Part shown: piece after piece, positions 25,809 to 25,898 of the stretch
How the letters are laid out: each line of letters begins with the position of its first letter
Numbering within the stretch: the stretch's first letter is position 1
Source of the DNA: an uncultured bacterium
Lineage (GTDB): Bacteria > Auribacterota > Erginobacteria > Erginobacterales > Erginobacteraceae
DNA length: 25,898 nucleotides
Direction of reading: 5' to 3'
Assembly: GCA_937885075.1 (NCBI GenBank)
Contig: CAKZYZ010000434.1
Span: 1 to 25,898 of the forward strand
Notes under the pieces: generated by a model
Told to the model about the DNA's origin: nothing
Database searches by the model: none
The model's input: only the letters and a program-made list of their open reading frames with translations
Translations under genes and position numbers: made by a program

Positions 25809-25885
25809 AGATCGGAAGAGCGTCGTGTAGGGAAAGAGTGTAGATCTCGGTGGTCGCCGGAGCATTAAAAAAAAAAAAGAAAAAA
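25809..25885. other. Sequencing artefact: Illumina TruSeq universal adapter (reverse complement) followed by poly-A
   Basis: 25809-25859 = AGATCGGAAGAGCGTCGTGTAGGGAAAGAGTGTAGATCTCGGTGGTCGCCG, a 51/51 match to the revcomp of the TruSeq universal adapter. Then 'gagcatt' (adapter has TATCATT), then A12 G A6. Confidence 0.93.
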
Positions 25886-25898
25886 CTGAATGTTAGAT

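Overview
This 25.9-kb window looks like a contig from a metagenome assembly: roughly 58% GC inside genes, AT-rich between them, and sequencing-adapter sequence at its 3' end. I call 20 protein genes and no rRNA, tRNA or CRISPR. From start to end they are:

- 164-6826, all on the minus strand: a surface-glycan or glycolipid cluster. It holds a class-B (B12-binding) radical SAM enzyme, a GT4 glycosyltransferase, a hexapeptide-repeat acyltransferase, a flippase-like UPF0104 membrane protein (annotated as the lysylphosphatidylglycerol-synthase transmembrane region) and a heparinase II/III-like protein.
- A flotillin-NfeD operon with a clear sigma70 promoter.
- A secreted EEP-family hydrolase (likely a lipoprotein), a PPC/DUF296 protein, WecB and an amidohydrolase.
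- A secreted protein with three FG-GAP repeats, co-oriented with YjbQ.
- A four-gene BMP-type nucleoside ABC transporter operon, divergent from a cytosine-deaminase-like gene.
- An FAD oxidoreductase.
- At the 3' edge, a COG1943-type REP-associated tyrosine transposase (RayT-like HUH Y1 domain) fused to a DnaA-C-like helix-turn-helix domain.

Three observations deserve attention:

- **Repeat saturation.** Almost every intergenic region carries a copy of one of at least seven families of short palindromic or dispersed repeats (A-G below). Several genes take their stop codon, and up to about 10 C-terminal residues, from these repeats. Together with the RayT-like gene this points to a REP/REPIN-like mobile-repeat system that I do not recognise as described for this sequence type.
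- **Adapter contamination.** The last about 80 nt (25809-25885) are an exact 51-nt Illumina TruSeq adapter reverse complement plus 6 divergent nt, followed by poly-A. The RayT-like ORF is therefore 3'-truncated and its listed C-terminus (SEERRVGKECRSRWSPEH) is artefactual.
- **Unusual architectures.** The same hairpin motif sits directly against the RBS or ATG of unrelated genes, with a compensatory stem change between copies. Two 64-bp direct repeats lie upstream of the RayT-DnaA_C gene. A 9-bp-periodic GTGCC array sits upstream of the PPC gene.

I cannot assign a taxon from sequence alone.
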